Source: Candidatus Odoribacter faecigallinarum (GTDB lineage: Bacteria > Bacteroidota > Bacteroidia > Bacteroidales > Marinifilaceae). Taken from it: a stretch of DNA of 58,377 nucleotides. The position numbers and the translations under genes are program-made. Below are positions 19,767 to 29,128 of the stretch, in pieces. Every line of letters begins with the position of its first letter. Within the stretch, counting starts at the first letter, position 1. The notes under the pieces are model-generated. The model had not been told where the DNA came from. It made no database searches and worked only from the letters and a program-made list of their open reading frames with translations. The stretch is from contig DXFT01000021.1 of NCBI GenBank assembly GCA_019114285.1, positions 1 through 58,377 of the forward strand, read 5' to 3'.

Positions 19767-19808
19767 TAATCGTTAATCCTTAATCCTTAATCGTTCATCG
19801 CTAATTAC
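19767..19808 (-). repeat. Heptamer tandem repeat, 5-6 units
   Basis: TAATCGT TAATCCT TAATCCT TAATCGT TCATCGC on +; encodes the cysC tail and stop. Confidence 0.85.
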
Positions 19809-20393
19809 CATAGGCAATATGGTCTCCAGTAATTCCTGCACGGAATCCTCCAGTGCCTGGCACGAGGTGTCGATGGAAATAAAGGGATGCTCCGGCACCT
19901 CGAAAGGGGCGGACACGCCCGTAAAGTCCTTGATTTCTCCCCGCCGGGCTCTGGCGTACAACCCCTTCACGTCCCTTCGCTCGCATTCCTCGATAGGAGT
20001 GCTCACATACACCTCCAGAAAGTCATCGTGGCCGATAATGTCCGCTGCCATGCGGCGGATGGCATTCGTCGGGCTGATAAAAGCCGCGATGGTTACAATC
20101 CCGCAATCCACAAACAGCTTTGCCACCTCCGCAATCCGCCGGATATTCTCCGTCCGGTCTGCTTCCGAAAAGCCCAGGTTGTTGTTGATGCCGCTGCGGA
20201 TGTTGTCCCCGTCCAGGATGCGGCACAAGATGCCCCGTTTGTACAATTCCCGTTCCAGCGCAATCGCCAGCGTGCTCTTCCCCGAGCCGGACAGCCCCGT
20301 CAGCCAAATCATCGTCCCCCGCTGCTTCAACAGCCGTTCCCGGTCTTCCCGTTGCAGCATCTTTTCAAAAATCGGATAAATATGTTCCGTCAT
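19773..20393 (-). CDS. cysC: Adenylyl-sulfate kinase
   Basis: WLTGLSGSGKST P-loop, LDGDNIR, RDVKGLY; start MTEHIY at 20393 avoids overlap with cysQ. Confidence 0.95.
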   Translation of the reverse strand: MTEHIYPIFEKMLQREDRERLLKQRGTMIWLTGLSGSGKSTLAIALERELYKRGILCRILDGDNIRSGINNNLGFSEADRTENIRRIAEVAKLFVDCGIVTIAAFISPTNAIRRMAADIIGHDDFLEVYVSTPIEECERRDVKGLYARARRGEIKDFTGVSAPFEVPEHPFISIDTSCQALEDSVQELLETILPMVISDERLRIKD

Positions 20394-20407
20394 AATCTTA
20401 TTAATTA

Positions 20408-21208
20408 CTATTTTACAATAAACCACGGATTCCGCAGGTCCTCTTTGTTATACGTCAATGGTGTCGTGCCGTCCTCCCGATATACATCCTTCCCTGCCGC
20501 CTTCGCGATGGCATGCCCTGCCGCCGTGTCCCATTCCATCGTGGGAGCAAAACGCGGGTAAATATCCGCGCTCCCTTCTGCCACAAGGCATATCTTGATG
20601 GAACTGCCCACGCTTGCCAGGCTCACTTCCCCGTGTTCCTTCTCCAACCGGGCAAGGAACGCTTCCGTTTCCGCATTCAGGTGCGACCGCGAAGCCACGA
20701 CCACAAACCCCTTCTCCTTCCGCTCCAGCGGCAAACGCACGGCGCGGCTCTCCATCTCGGCAAAATCCATGCCATTCTCCCACCGGACATCCTCCACCTT
20801 CCATGCCCCATCCTTTAAAGTCCCGTAATACAGGGTGTTCCGCTCCGGGATATAGATTACCCCCAAAGCAGGGCGTCCCTCGTACACCAACGCGATGTTT
20901 ACCGTAAACTCTCCGTTGCGCTTGATGAATTCCTTTGTCCCGTCCAGCGGGTCCACAATCCAGACAATCTTCCAGGCTTCACGCTGTGCGAAATCCACAT
21001 GTTTATTCTCTTCGCTGATGACGGGGTAGGGCGTTTTCTCGAGATAAGCCATAATAATCTCGTTCGACTTCCTGTCCGCTACGGTCAGCGGCGAATTATC
21101 CGCCTTCCGCTCTATTTCAAAATCAGCTTCCGGGTCATGGTAAATCTCCGAAATCTTCTTTCCGGCTTCCAGGGCTGCCCTGATTGCTGTTTCCAATAAT
21201 GAATTCAT
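20408..21208 (-). CDS. cysQ: 3'(2'),5'-bisphosphate nucleotidase
   Basis: SPLTVAD, SEE, VDPLDGTKEFI, PTMEWDTAAG. Confidence 0.95.
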   Translation of the reverse strand: MNSLLETAIRAALEAGKKISEIYHDPEADFEIERKADNSPLTVADRKSNEIIMAYLEKTPYPVISEENKHVDFAQREAWKIVWIVDPLDGTKEFIKRNGEFTVNIALVYEGRPALGVIYIPERNTLYYGTLKDGAWKVEDVRWENGMDFAEMESRAVRLPLERKEKGFVVVASRSHLNAETEAFLARLEKEHGEVSLASVGSSIKICLVAEGSADIYPRFAPTMEWDTAAGHAIAKAAGKDVYREDGTTPLTYNKEDLRNPWFIVK

Positions 21209-21243
21209 ATTGCTTTACAAGACTACAATTTTTTGCGTGCCTG

Positions 21244-21275
21244 CAAAGGTATCAAAATTTCTGTCATGCGCCAAC
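21244..21275 (-). promoter_or_regulatory. Probable promoter of the cysQ operon
   Basis: Minus strand GTTG, 20 nt, TACCTTTG. Confidence 0.6.
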
Positions 21276-21417
21276 TTCTGCATTTATAGAAAATGCTCAG
21301 CCCATGCGGCAGGATGTGTTTCCTCCGTCTCCTGCCTGGAACCACCCCGATGCAAACCCGACGCAACCCAACCACACGAAGTATATAACTTAGAACTACT
21401 TATCTGTTAAAAACAAA

Positions 21418-21473
21418 TCACCTACGTTTTAAAACGTAAGTGAAACGTAGATGAAACGTAGGTGATACGTAGT
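21418..21473. repeat. 26-bp near-palindrome plus four 11-bp direct repeats
   Basis: TCACCTACGTTTT|AAAACGTAAGTGA; units TAAAACGTAAG TGAAACGTAGA TGAAACGTAGG TGATACGTAGT. Confidence 0.85.
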
Positions 21474-21614
21474 TGATTGCCGTATATCCTTGACAGGCAT
21501 GCCGTTTGATATTGACATAATATGGCTTGCACAAAGGGGCTCCGAATAGGGATGGGAGAGGGGGTGTCCATGTTTTCCCCTGTGGTTTGTGGGAGAAAAC
21601 ATGTGCTATTGCGG

Positions 21615-21646
21615 TTTGCCGATACCGGCAAAAAATATTATCTTTG
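21615..21646 (+). promoter_or_regulatory. Consensus promoter of the ATPase remnant
   Basis: TTTG, 20 nt, TATCTTTG; supports the start at 21678. Confidence 0.65.
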
Positions 21647-21677
21647 TGATAACATAATGGGGTTTAAACGAAGCGTT

Positions 21678-22319
21678 ATGATAGAACAGGTTGAAATTAA
21701 AAATTATAAGTCGATAAAGAAATTGGTATTGCCTTTGAATAAGTTGAATGTATTGATTGGTTCGAATGGTGCGGGCAAAAGTAATTTTATCTCATTCTTT
21801 GAATTGACCAAAGCTATATATGAGCAGCGTTTTGGCAGCTATACTTTGTCTAAAGGTGGTATTGACAATCTGTTGTATCAAGGCAGAAAAGTATCTTCTT
21901 TTATAGAGGGCTTGCTCGATTTTGATAATAATAATGCTTTTTTCTATGAAATAAAGCCTGCGCAGTCTAATAAGGGGTATATAGAAAAAACCGGGGATTG
22001 TTTCAATAATCAGCATAAGCCGGGAAAAAATTATGCGGAATGGAATCAAACCTTGTGGGATTCTGCTGTTGAAGAATCTTCCTTGATGCAGAATCCCCGT
22101 TGGAGGGCAGGGTATTTGAAAAAATATTTGAGCAGTTTTGTGGTATATCATTTCCATGATACGAGTGCGACTTCTCCCATGCGAGGAGATTGCAACATCA
22201 ATGACAATGCTTTTTTGCGTGATAACGGTTCTAATTTGGCTGCTTATCTTTATTTTTTAATGCAAAATGAGTTGTATTGGATATATGATGATTGTCCCCC
22301 TAAAATTTATCCTTATTGA
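21678..22319 (+). pseudogene. Truncated ABC/SMC-like (AAA_15/AAA_21-type) ATPase
   Basis: IKNYKSI, LIGSNGAGKSN Walker A, YHFHD, NGSNLAAYL, then a stop at 213 aa with no signature motif or Walker B; AT-rich. Confidence 0.75.
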
Positions 22320-23483
22320 ATGGAAAAGGCAGGCTGTCGTCTTTATGTTTTTAATCCCGACTGTGAGTTGGCGATAGCGGACGGGGGGCGTTTTTATATG
22401 CCTCCGGCGAATATTGTCCGCATGGCGGAGGATTTGGCGTATCTCCCGGCTTATTTGGGGGAGGAGGGGGACGGGGTGCTGGTGCCCCGGGCGGTGCCTT
22501 GCGGTTTTAACGGGGAGTTGGGTGTCCCGGTGCGTCCCGTGATGGAGGGGGAGTTGGCGGACGGCGGGGAGGGATGGCATGCGGAACCGTGGGGCAGAAG
22601 CCCGAGGATGTGCCATTGGTTGGCGGCGCGCGGCATGGGGGAGGAATGGCAGGAGGGTTGGAAGGAGGCTTACAGCCGCCGCACGGCGTTGGGGGTGTTG
22701 TTGCATTTGCGGGAGGAGTTGCCTTTTGTCGGCGGGGAGGTGGTGCCCGTGGTTTGCCATAGCCTGGCGGAAGTCCACCGGCATGCCGGCAGGGGGAATT
22801 GGATTGTCAAAGCCCCGTGGTCATCCTCCGGGAAGGGGCAGTTGCGGTTGGGGCATCCTTTTTACCCCAAGGCGGACGAATGGATGGGGGGCGTGCTGAA
22901 GCGGCAGGGGTATTTGATGCTGGAGCGGCATCTGGACAAAGTGGCGGATTTTGCCATGGAGTTCCAAGCCGTTGGCGGGAAGGTGGAGTTTATAGGATGG
23001 TCGTGTTTTGAAACAGGGGAGCATGGGGAGTACCTGGGGAACCGGGTCGCTCCACAGGAGGTGTTGGAGGCGGAGTTGCGCGGCTTTTTGGACAGCCGGT
23101 GGCTCTTGGCGTTGAAGTCCTGCCTGCCGCCTGCCTTGCAGGAGGCTTTCCCTGGGTATGAAGGTTATTTGGGGGTGGACATGTTGGTTTACCGGGGAGA
23201 GGGGGGAGAGATGCGGTTGCATCCCTGTGTGGAAATCAACCTGCGTTGCAATATGGGGATTCTTGCCCTGCGCTTGCAGGAGCGTTATCTGGCACCGGGG
23301 GCGGAGGGGTATTTCTCTGTCCGTTTCTATCCCCGCGGCGGGGAGGCGTTGGCGCATTGCCTTCAGGAGGGCAGCCGGATGCCTGCCGTTTTCCGGAATA
23401 ACCGCCTTCTCGGTGGTTTCCTCCCTTTGGCGCCAGTAGAGGCGGATAGCTGTTTTGTGGCAGCCTTGCACGCCAGAAGGTGA
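22320..23483 (+). CDS. Uncharacterised protein, probable ATP-grasp fold
   Basis: VKAPWSSSGKG, LERHL, LGVDML, CVEINLR motifs. Confidence 0.7.
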   Translation: MEKAGCRLYVFNPDCELAIADGGRFYMPPANIVRMAEDLAYLPAYLGEEGDGVLVPRAVPCGFNGELGVPVRPVMEGELADGGEGWHAEPWGRSPRMCHWLAARGMGEEWQEGWKEAYSRRTALGVLLHLREELPFVGGEVVPVVCHSLAEVHRHAGRGNWIVKAPWSSSGKGQLRLGHPFYPKADEWMGGVLKRQGYLMLERHLDKVADFAMEFQAVGGKVEFIGWSCFETGEHGEYLGNRVAPQEVLEAELRGFLDSRWLLALKSCLPPALQEAFPGYEGYLGVDMLVYRGEGGEMRLHPCVEINLRCNMGILALRLQERYLAPGAEGYFSVRFYPRGGEALAHCLQEGSRMPAVFRNNRLLGGFLPLAPVEADSCFVAALHARR

Positions 23484-23582
23484 GCAGTGCCCATTGTCCG
23501 GATAGATAAAAAATGTTTCCGCATTGTTGGCAGTGTCGGGGAAATTGTGTAATTTCGCCCAATTTTAAAAATCCACAGAATT

Positions 23583-25091
23583 ATGGCTCATTACATTAAA
23601 GAAGTATCACGTACATTTGGAGAATATTTGCTTATTCCGTCACTCACAACGAAAGAGTGCAATCCGGACAATGTTTCTTTGAAGACCCCTGTTGTCAAAT
23701 TCCGCCAAGGGGAGACTTCGCCTATCCAGTTGAACATTCCTTTTGTGTCGGCTGTCATGCAGGCGGTGTCTGATGACGGGCTTGCCATCGCTTTGGCGCG
23801 TAACGGCGGTTTGTCTTTTATTTTCGGTTCGCAGCCCATTGAAAGCCAAGCGGAGATGGTGCGCCGTGTCAAGAAATTCAAGGCAGGTTTTGTAGTGAGC
23901 GATTCTAATTTGCGCCCTGACGCAACGTTGCAGGATGTGGTCAACCTGACTGCCGCCACGGGTCATACGACTCTTGCGGTGACGGACGACGGGACGGCAA
24001 ACGGCAAGTTGCTGGGTATGATTACCAGCCGGGATTACCGCCTGAAGACGGATTCGCTGGATAAAGCGGTGGTTGATTTCATGACCCCGTTTGACAGTTT
24101 GATTGTCGGGCATCTGGGCATAACGCTTAGTGAAGCCAATACGATTATTTGGGAGCATAAGTTGAATTGTCTGCCGATTATTGACGAGGAGCAGCGGTTG
24201 CAGTATTTTGTTTTCCGCAAGGATTACGACAATCACCAGGAGAACCCGTATGAGCTGTTGGACAGCCATAAGAAGTTGATGGTGGGTGCCGGCATCAATA
24301 CACGTGATTATAAAGAGCGTGTACCTGCCTTGGTGGAAGCTGGCGTGGATGTGCTGGTGGTGGATTCTTCAGATGGTTTTTCCGAGTGGCAGTATGATAC
24401 TATCCGTTGGATAAAAGAGACTTATCATGATGAAGTGAAGGTTGGCGGCGGCAATGTGGTGGACAAGGAAGGTTTCCTTTATTTGGTAAAGGCAGGGGCG
24501 GATTTTGTGAAGGTGGGTATCGGTGGAGGTTCCATTTGCATTACCCGGGAGCAGAAGGGAATCGGTCGCGGGCAGGCGACGGCGCTTATTGAGGTTTGCG
24601 AAGCACGCCGGGAATATCTGGAGCAGACGGGCATTTATATCCCGGTTTGTTCTGATGGCGGATTGGTGCATGACTACCACATGACGTTGGCGCTTGCGAT
24701 GGGGGCTGATTTCCTGATGATGGGGCGTTATTTTGCCCGTTTTGACGAAAGCCCGAGCAAGAAACTTGCCATTGGCAACAGTTATGTCAAGGAATATTGG
24801 GGGGAAGGTTCCAACCGTGCGAAGAATTGGCAACGCTATGACATGGGAGGCAATGCCAACAAGGGTGCCATGAAGTTTGAGGAAGGTGTGGACAGTTATG
24901 TTCCATACGCCGGAAAGATGAAAGATAACCTTGAAATCACGTTAGGCAAGATTAAGTCCACGATGTGCAGTTGTGGCGCCATTACCATTCCGCAGTTGCA
25001 GGACAAAGCGAAAATCACGCTGGTGTCTTCCACTTCTATCGTGGAGGGAGGAGCGCATGACGTGATACTGAAGGATACGAAAATCCAGTAA
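23583..25091 (+). CDS. guaB: IMP dehydrogenase
   Basis: [14 protein letters not shown] catalytic loop, CBS pair, SDGG, EEGVD. Confidence 0.96.
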   Translation: MAHYIKEVSRTFGEYLLIPSLTTKECNPDNVSLKTPVVKFRQGETSPIQLNIPFVSAVMQAVSDDGLAIALARNGGLSFIFGSQPIESQAEMVRRVKKFKAGFVVSDSNLRPDATLQDVVNLTAATGHTTLAVTDDGTANGKLLGMITSRDYRLKTDSLDKAVVDFMTPFDSLIVGHLGITLSEANTIIWEHKLNCLPIIDEEQRLQYFVFRKDYDNHQENPYELLDSHKKLMVGAGINTRDYKERVPALVEAGVDVLVVDSSDGFSEWQYDTIRWIKETYHDEVKVGGGNVVDKEGFLYLVKAGADFVKVGIGGGSICITREQKGIGRGQATALIEVCEARREYLEQTGIYIPVCSDGGLVHDYHMTLALAMGADFLMMGRYFARFDESPSKKLAIGNSYVKEYWGEGSNRAKNWQRYDMGGNANKGAMKFEEGVDSYVPYAGKMKDNLEITLGKIKSTMCSCGAITIPQLQDKAKITLVSSTSIVEGGAHDVILKDTKIQ

Positions 25092-25101
25092 TACGAAGGC
25101 T

Positions 25102-25725
25102 ATGAAAAAGATACTGCTTGCCGTAGCGGTATGCTTGCTCATGGCGGCCTGCTGGTTGGAGAAGGACGAGAAAGGTTATTTCTTAGCTTCGAACTATTGC
25201 ACCGCCACCATCAACGGCAAAGAATATATCGACCGGGAGAGTTATGCCCTGCCCAAGGTGGGGCATTCTCCCCGTGCCGAATGGTATGAGCAGTATTTTT
25301 GGGAGGACAACGTGGCAGTCGATTCCGTGGGAATGTTGATTGTCCATACCTATTTGAAGCCCGACAAGGGCAACAATAACCCGGAAGAATACGGATTGCA
25401 TTTGTACATTAAGGACTTCCGTTGGGATGAACCGGTGGAAGGACAGGAGTATGCTTTCACCGCAATTGCGCTGGAGGAGACGTATGTGCCTTTGGATACG
25501 TTGGTCAATCGTGTGTATCGGGAAAACATCAGCCTTGCCTTGTTTGATGTGGGTGGCATAGGGACAATCCGCTATGTGCCGGCAAGCGGTACCATCCGTT
25601 TCAGCCTTCCCGAGGGTGCAGAGAGCAATGAGGATGCTGGCTATTGGTTTGAAGCCAATATCACGCTTCGGGCAGAGGGGAATGAACCCATTGATTTCCG
25701 GGGATATATGTACGCTTATTGGTAG
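25102..25725 (+). CDS. Hypothetical lipoprotein
   Basis: MKK + hydrophobic stretch + LMAAC lipobox, followed by a charged EKDEK segment. Confidence 0.7.
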   Translation: MKKILLAVAVCLLMAACWLEKDEKGYFLASNYCTATINGKEYIDRESYALPKVGHSPRAEWYEQYFWEDNVAVDSVGMLIVHTYLKPDKGNNNPEEYGLHLYIKDFRWDEPVEGQEYAFTAIALEETYVPLDTLVNRVYRENISLALFDVGGIGTIRYVPASGTIRFSLPEGAESNEDAGYWFEANITLRAEGNEPIDFRGYMYAYW

Positions 25726-25764
25726 GCGTTGCGAGAAAGTTTAGATTATTAAAATGAGCAGTTT

Positions 25765-26289
25765 ATGAAAGTAATCTTTTTGTTTATAGCATTTTTGGCT
25801 TGTTATCCTCTCCATGCACAGGAAGACGAGAGGTGGGTGCAAGCTATTGCCCGGGCTGAGCAAGATACGGAACGTTATATCCGTGAACGGATTGAGGCAG
25901 GTTGGTGGTACAAGGGGGAGGATACGTTGCATGTCATGCTGGTAAGAGACACCATGCGTATCGAGCAGGCTGTCCGTTATTTTAGTGAGCAGGTAAAGAC
26001 TACCGCCGACATGCGTTCCATGAATCATTTCCTATTGGATGAGTATGATAAATTGTTGAACAAGTATTACAACCGGTTGCGTGGCAAGTTGTCTCCTGCC
26101 CAAAGGGAAGCCTTGCTGAAAGCCCAACGCGAGTGGTTGAAGTTCCGTGATGTTGAGGGAGACTTCATTTATAAACTAATTATAGATAATTATGGCACAA
26201 TGGGACCTGTTTTGATTGGTAGTGATTGCGTGGAGTTACTTAAGAATAGGGTGTTCCAACTGTATTCTTATCTGCAATATATGGATTGA
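25765..26289 (+). CDS. LprI/DUF1311 lysozyme-inhibitor-like exported protein
   Basis: Signal peptide; DKLLNKYY..L..LLKAQREWLKFRD..C pattern. Confidence 0.75.
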   Translation: MKVIFLFIAFLACYPLHAQEDERWVQAIARAEQDTERYIRERIEAGWWYKGEDTLHVMLVRDTMRIEQAVRYFSEQVKTTADMRSMNHFLLDEYDKLLNKYYNRLRGKLSPAQREALLKAQREWLKFRDVEGDFIYKLIIDNYGTMGPVLIGSDCVELLKNRVFQLYSYLQYMD

Positions 26290-26325
26290 AGGAGGAGGGA
26301 CTTTTGTGGTATTTTTAGATTGGGT

Positions 26326-26841
26326 TCAAGGGACAAGGGTGTTTAGGATTTGCTCTATGACAGGGGTGATGTCCTGGTTTTTATGGATAAGGATGGGGGA
26401 GACCCCGGCGGCTTCGGCGCATTCCACATCCCGCCGGCTGTCGCCGATGAACCAGGATTGCCGCCTGTCGATGTGAAATTCTTCCACGGCGAGGTTTACC
26501 AAGTAGGGGGAAGGTTTCCTGCATTCGCATGCCTGGACGCTCTCGTGATGGGGGCAGTAATAGATTTTGGTGAGCTGTATGCCCTGTTTTGCCAGCTCGC
26601 TGCACATATAGGTATGCACCCGGTCCACGTCCTCGCAGGTGTAGATGCCTTTCGCCACGCCGCCCTGGTTGGTGATGACAAAGAGCAGGTAGCCGGCATC
26701 CTGCAAGCGTTTCATGCCTTCCACGACGCCGGGATTGAAAACAAAGTCTTCCGGTTTATAGATGTAATAATGCCCTTCGTCGGAATTGATGGTGCCGTCG
26801 CGGTCGAAGAACACGGCTTTGTGTAGTGGTGTGCTTTCCAT
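26326..26841 (-). CDS. gmhB: HAD-IIIA phosphatase (heptose-1,7-bisphosphate phosphatase GmhB-like)
   Basis: FFDRDGTIN, TNQGG, CPHH..CECRKP, IGDS. Confidence 0.8.
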   Translation of the reverse strand: MESTPLHKAVFFDRDGTINSDEGHYYIYKPEDFVFNPGVVEGMKRLQDAGYLLFVITNQGGVAKGIYTCEDVDRVHTYMCSELAKQGIQLTKIYYCPHHESVQACECRKPSPYLVNLAVEEFHIDRRQSWFIGDSRRDVECAEAAGVSPILIHKNQDITPVIEQILNTLVP

Positions 26842-26843
26842 TT

Positions 26844-27854
26844 TCAGTGCATGATTTTAAAAACTAATTCTTTTAATAATTCTCCCTCCGCGGTGCCGGC
26901 ATTCCCCACGCCTTTGGACATCATGTCGTATTCCCGGAGCAGGGAAATGATTTTGGCGCACTTCATGGCGTTGTATGCCTTGCCGCCCTCTGTGTACTCC
27001 TTCAGGAAATAAGGGTTTATGCCTAAAATCTTCGCTATTTCCTGTTGGTTGGTCACCTTCCTTTTCTCGTAGTGGTACGTCAGCAGGTTGAGAAAATAGC
27101 TGAACAGCGTGCCGATAATCAATACCAAGGGATTGTTTTTAGGGTTCGATTCAAAGTAATTGACTATGAGGTTGGCTTTTACGTAATCCTTGCGGATGAT
27201 GGCGCTGCGCAATTCAAAACTGTTGAAGTCCTTGCTGATGCCTGTATGCTCCTCCACGAGGGCTTCGTTGATTTCGCCCCCCTTGGCGAGGTGGAGCGCC
27301 AGTTTGTCAATTTCATTGGCAATGCGGCTCAGGTCCGTGCCGAGGCTGTCCGCCAAGATGCCGGCGGCTTTGGCGGTGATGCGGTAGCCTTGCTCTTTGC
27401 AATATCCGGTAATCCATTCCGGTATTTTGTTGTCGTAAAGTTTGGCAGATTCAAAATAGACACAGTTGGAAGAACTTTTTAATTTCTTGAAGACACTTTT
27501 GCGCTGGTCGGGCTTCTTGTTTTTGTAGGCAAGGACGAGCACCGTTGCCGGTTGGAAGTGGTCGATGTAAGGGGTCAGGTTGTCGAAGTCTCGGATGTTC
27601 TGGGCTTCACGGACAATGACCACTTGGCGTTCCGCCATCATGGGGAAACGCCGGGCTGTGTCGGTCACCGTGCCCATCGTGATGTCGTTCCCGTATAGGA
27701 CCGTCTGGTTGAATGCTTTCTCCTCCTCCGGCAGGATGTTGTCTTCCAGCAGGCGGGTCAGGCTGTCGATGAAGAAAGGCTCTTCCCCGCACAGGAAGTA
27801 AATCGGCTTGTACTTTTGCGCCTTAATATCTCTTCTGATTTCGTCGTAAGTCAT
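26844..27854 (-). CDS. holA: DNA polymerase III delta subunit
   Basis: PIYFLCGEEPFFID, ARRFPMMAERQVVIVREAQ, NEIDKL, GISKDFN. Confidence 0.93.
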   Translation of the reverse strand: MTYDEIRRDIKAQKYKPIYFLCGEEPFFIDSLTRLLEDNILPEEEKAFNQTVLYGNDITMGTVTDTARRFPMMAERQVVIVREAQNIRDFDNLTPYIDHFQPATVLVLAYKNKKPDQRKSVFKKLKSSSNCVYFESAKLYDNKIPEWITGYCKEQGYRITAKAAGILADSLGTDLSRIANEIDKLALHLAKGGEINEALVEEHTGISKDFNSFELRSAIIRKDYVKANLIVNYFESNPKNNPLVLIIGTLFSYFLNLLTYHYEKRKVTNQQEIAKILGINPYFLKEYTEGGKAYNAMKCAKIISLLREYDMMSKGVGNAGTAEGELLKELVFKIMH

Positions 27855-28486
27855 GTTTTTTGTCTTGGCGAAGCAAAGGTACTATTTTTCTTGTAATTTT
27901 CCTGTTGGATTTTCCGGACGATGGCTTCGATTTCGGCATCTTCGCCATTGGGGTCGTAATCGGCTTTCAGATTATGCCCGAAAAGCAGGGCGATGGATTG
28001 CCAGAAGTAAGCATTGACCGCACCCCGGTATTCCCGGATGTGGGAGAAGGACGTGTTGTTGGTCTCGCGGTATATCAGCCGGATAAGAATGCGCCCTTGT
28101 GTGATGGTGAGGCGCATGAGGGGGGCTTTGAACGTTTTCATCAATTGGGCATATTCTTCCTTGATAATTTTGCGCCGTTCAGATTCTTTATTGGTCTGTG
28201 CCAATTTGTACTCAATCTCACTGATTTTGGAGGCAGCTATACGGGCATAGGGATAGACTTTGCGGACGTTGTATTCCAAACGGACATTCCGGCGTTCCTG
28301 ACGGTAATAACGGGCGGCGTGCCTGCCTTTCCCGATGGCATTGGCAGCATCAAGGGTGAAATGGGGCAAGGTGTCGCCGTTCAGGATGACGGCTGTGGTG
28401 ACCTGGCTGTTTTGTGCCAAGCTGCCGGTAACTGCCCCAAGAAGCAGGAATGCCGTTATCCATATTTTGATTTTATCCAGCACCAT
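27851..28486 (-). CDS. DUF4294 family protein
   Basis: YNVRKVYPYA, LTITQGRILIRLIYRET, FWQSIA; start at 28486 chosen because TACCTTTG lies at 28508-28515 on minus. Confidence 0.8.
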   Translation of the reverse strand: MVLDKIKIWITAFLLLGAVTGSLAQNSQVTTAVILNGDTLPHFTLDAANAIGKGRHAARYYRQERRNVRLEYNVRKVYPYARIAASKISEIEYKLAQTNKESERRKIIKEEYAQLMKTFKAPLMRLTITQGRILIRLIYRETNNTSFSHIREYRGAVNAYFWQSIALLFGHNLKADYDPNGEDAEIEAIVRKIQQENYKKNSTFASPRQKT

Positions 28487-28730
28487 AAGGAATTTGTCTT
28501 TATCACACAAAGGTATTAATAAAAAGTGAACCGGGAAAAAGATTGTACTTTAATCTTATTTCCAATGTGTGGCTCTTTTGAGATGTCCTGCTTCCGTGTT
28601 TGACAGGGGCAGGAGTTGAAGTTCCAAATGAAAGGGGCATGGGATATGTTGAAGAAAAATTGGTTTATGGATTTCATTCATCCGGTTTTTATCGTATTTT
28701 TGTGGTGTGAAAATGAAATAAGGATAATTT

Positions 28731-29083
28731 GAAATAGCAGGCTGTTCTATCGCTGTTCCGCAAGGAAAAGAGGAAAGTCCGGGCAACATAGGGCATCGTG
28801 CTTCCTAACGGGAAGGCATCCGCGAGGGTGCAGGAAATGTAACAGAGAACAACCGCCCCGTTCATGCGGGGCAAGGGTGAAAAGGCGGGGTAAGAGCCCA
28901 CCGGGACTGCAGGTGACTGTGGTTGCCGTACATCTCACGAGTTGCAAGGCCATGTATATCGGCGATGTTGGTTTGCCCGACCAATGCCGAGGGGTAGGCC
29001 GCTAGAGTTGTAAAGTGATTTGCAGCGTAGATAAATGATAGAAACCGCAAGGTACAGAACCCGGCTTACAAGTCTGCTATTTC
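28731..29083 (+). ncRNA. rnpB: RNase P RNA, bacterial type A
   Basis: GAGGAAAGTCC near the 5' end, ACAGAACCCGGCTTA near the 3' end, terminal P1 pairing GAAATAGCAGGCT / AGTCTGCTATTTC. Confidence 0.96.
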
Positions 29084-29128
29084 TTTTTATTAAGAAGCGG
29101 TGCATGTGTTTTAAGTGAAAAGAGAGTT

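Noticed and set aside
28556-29050. Short minus-strand ORFs near 28.6-29.0 kb
   Set aside because: They overlap the RNase P RNA gene
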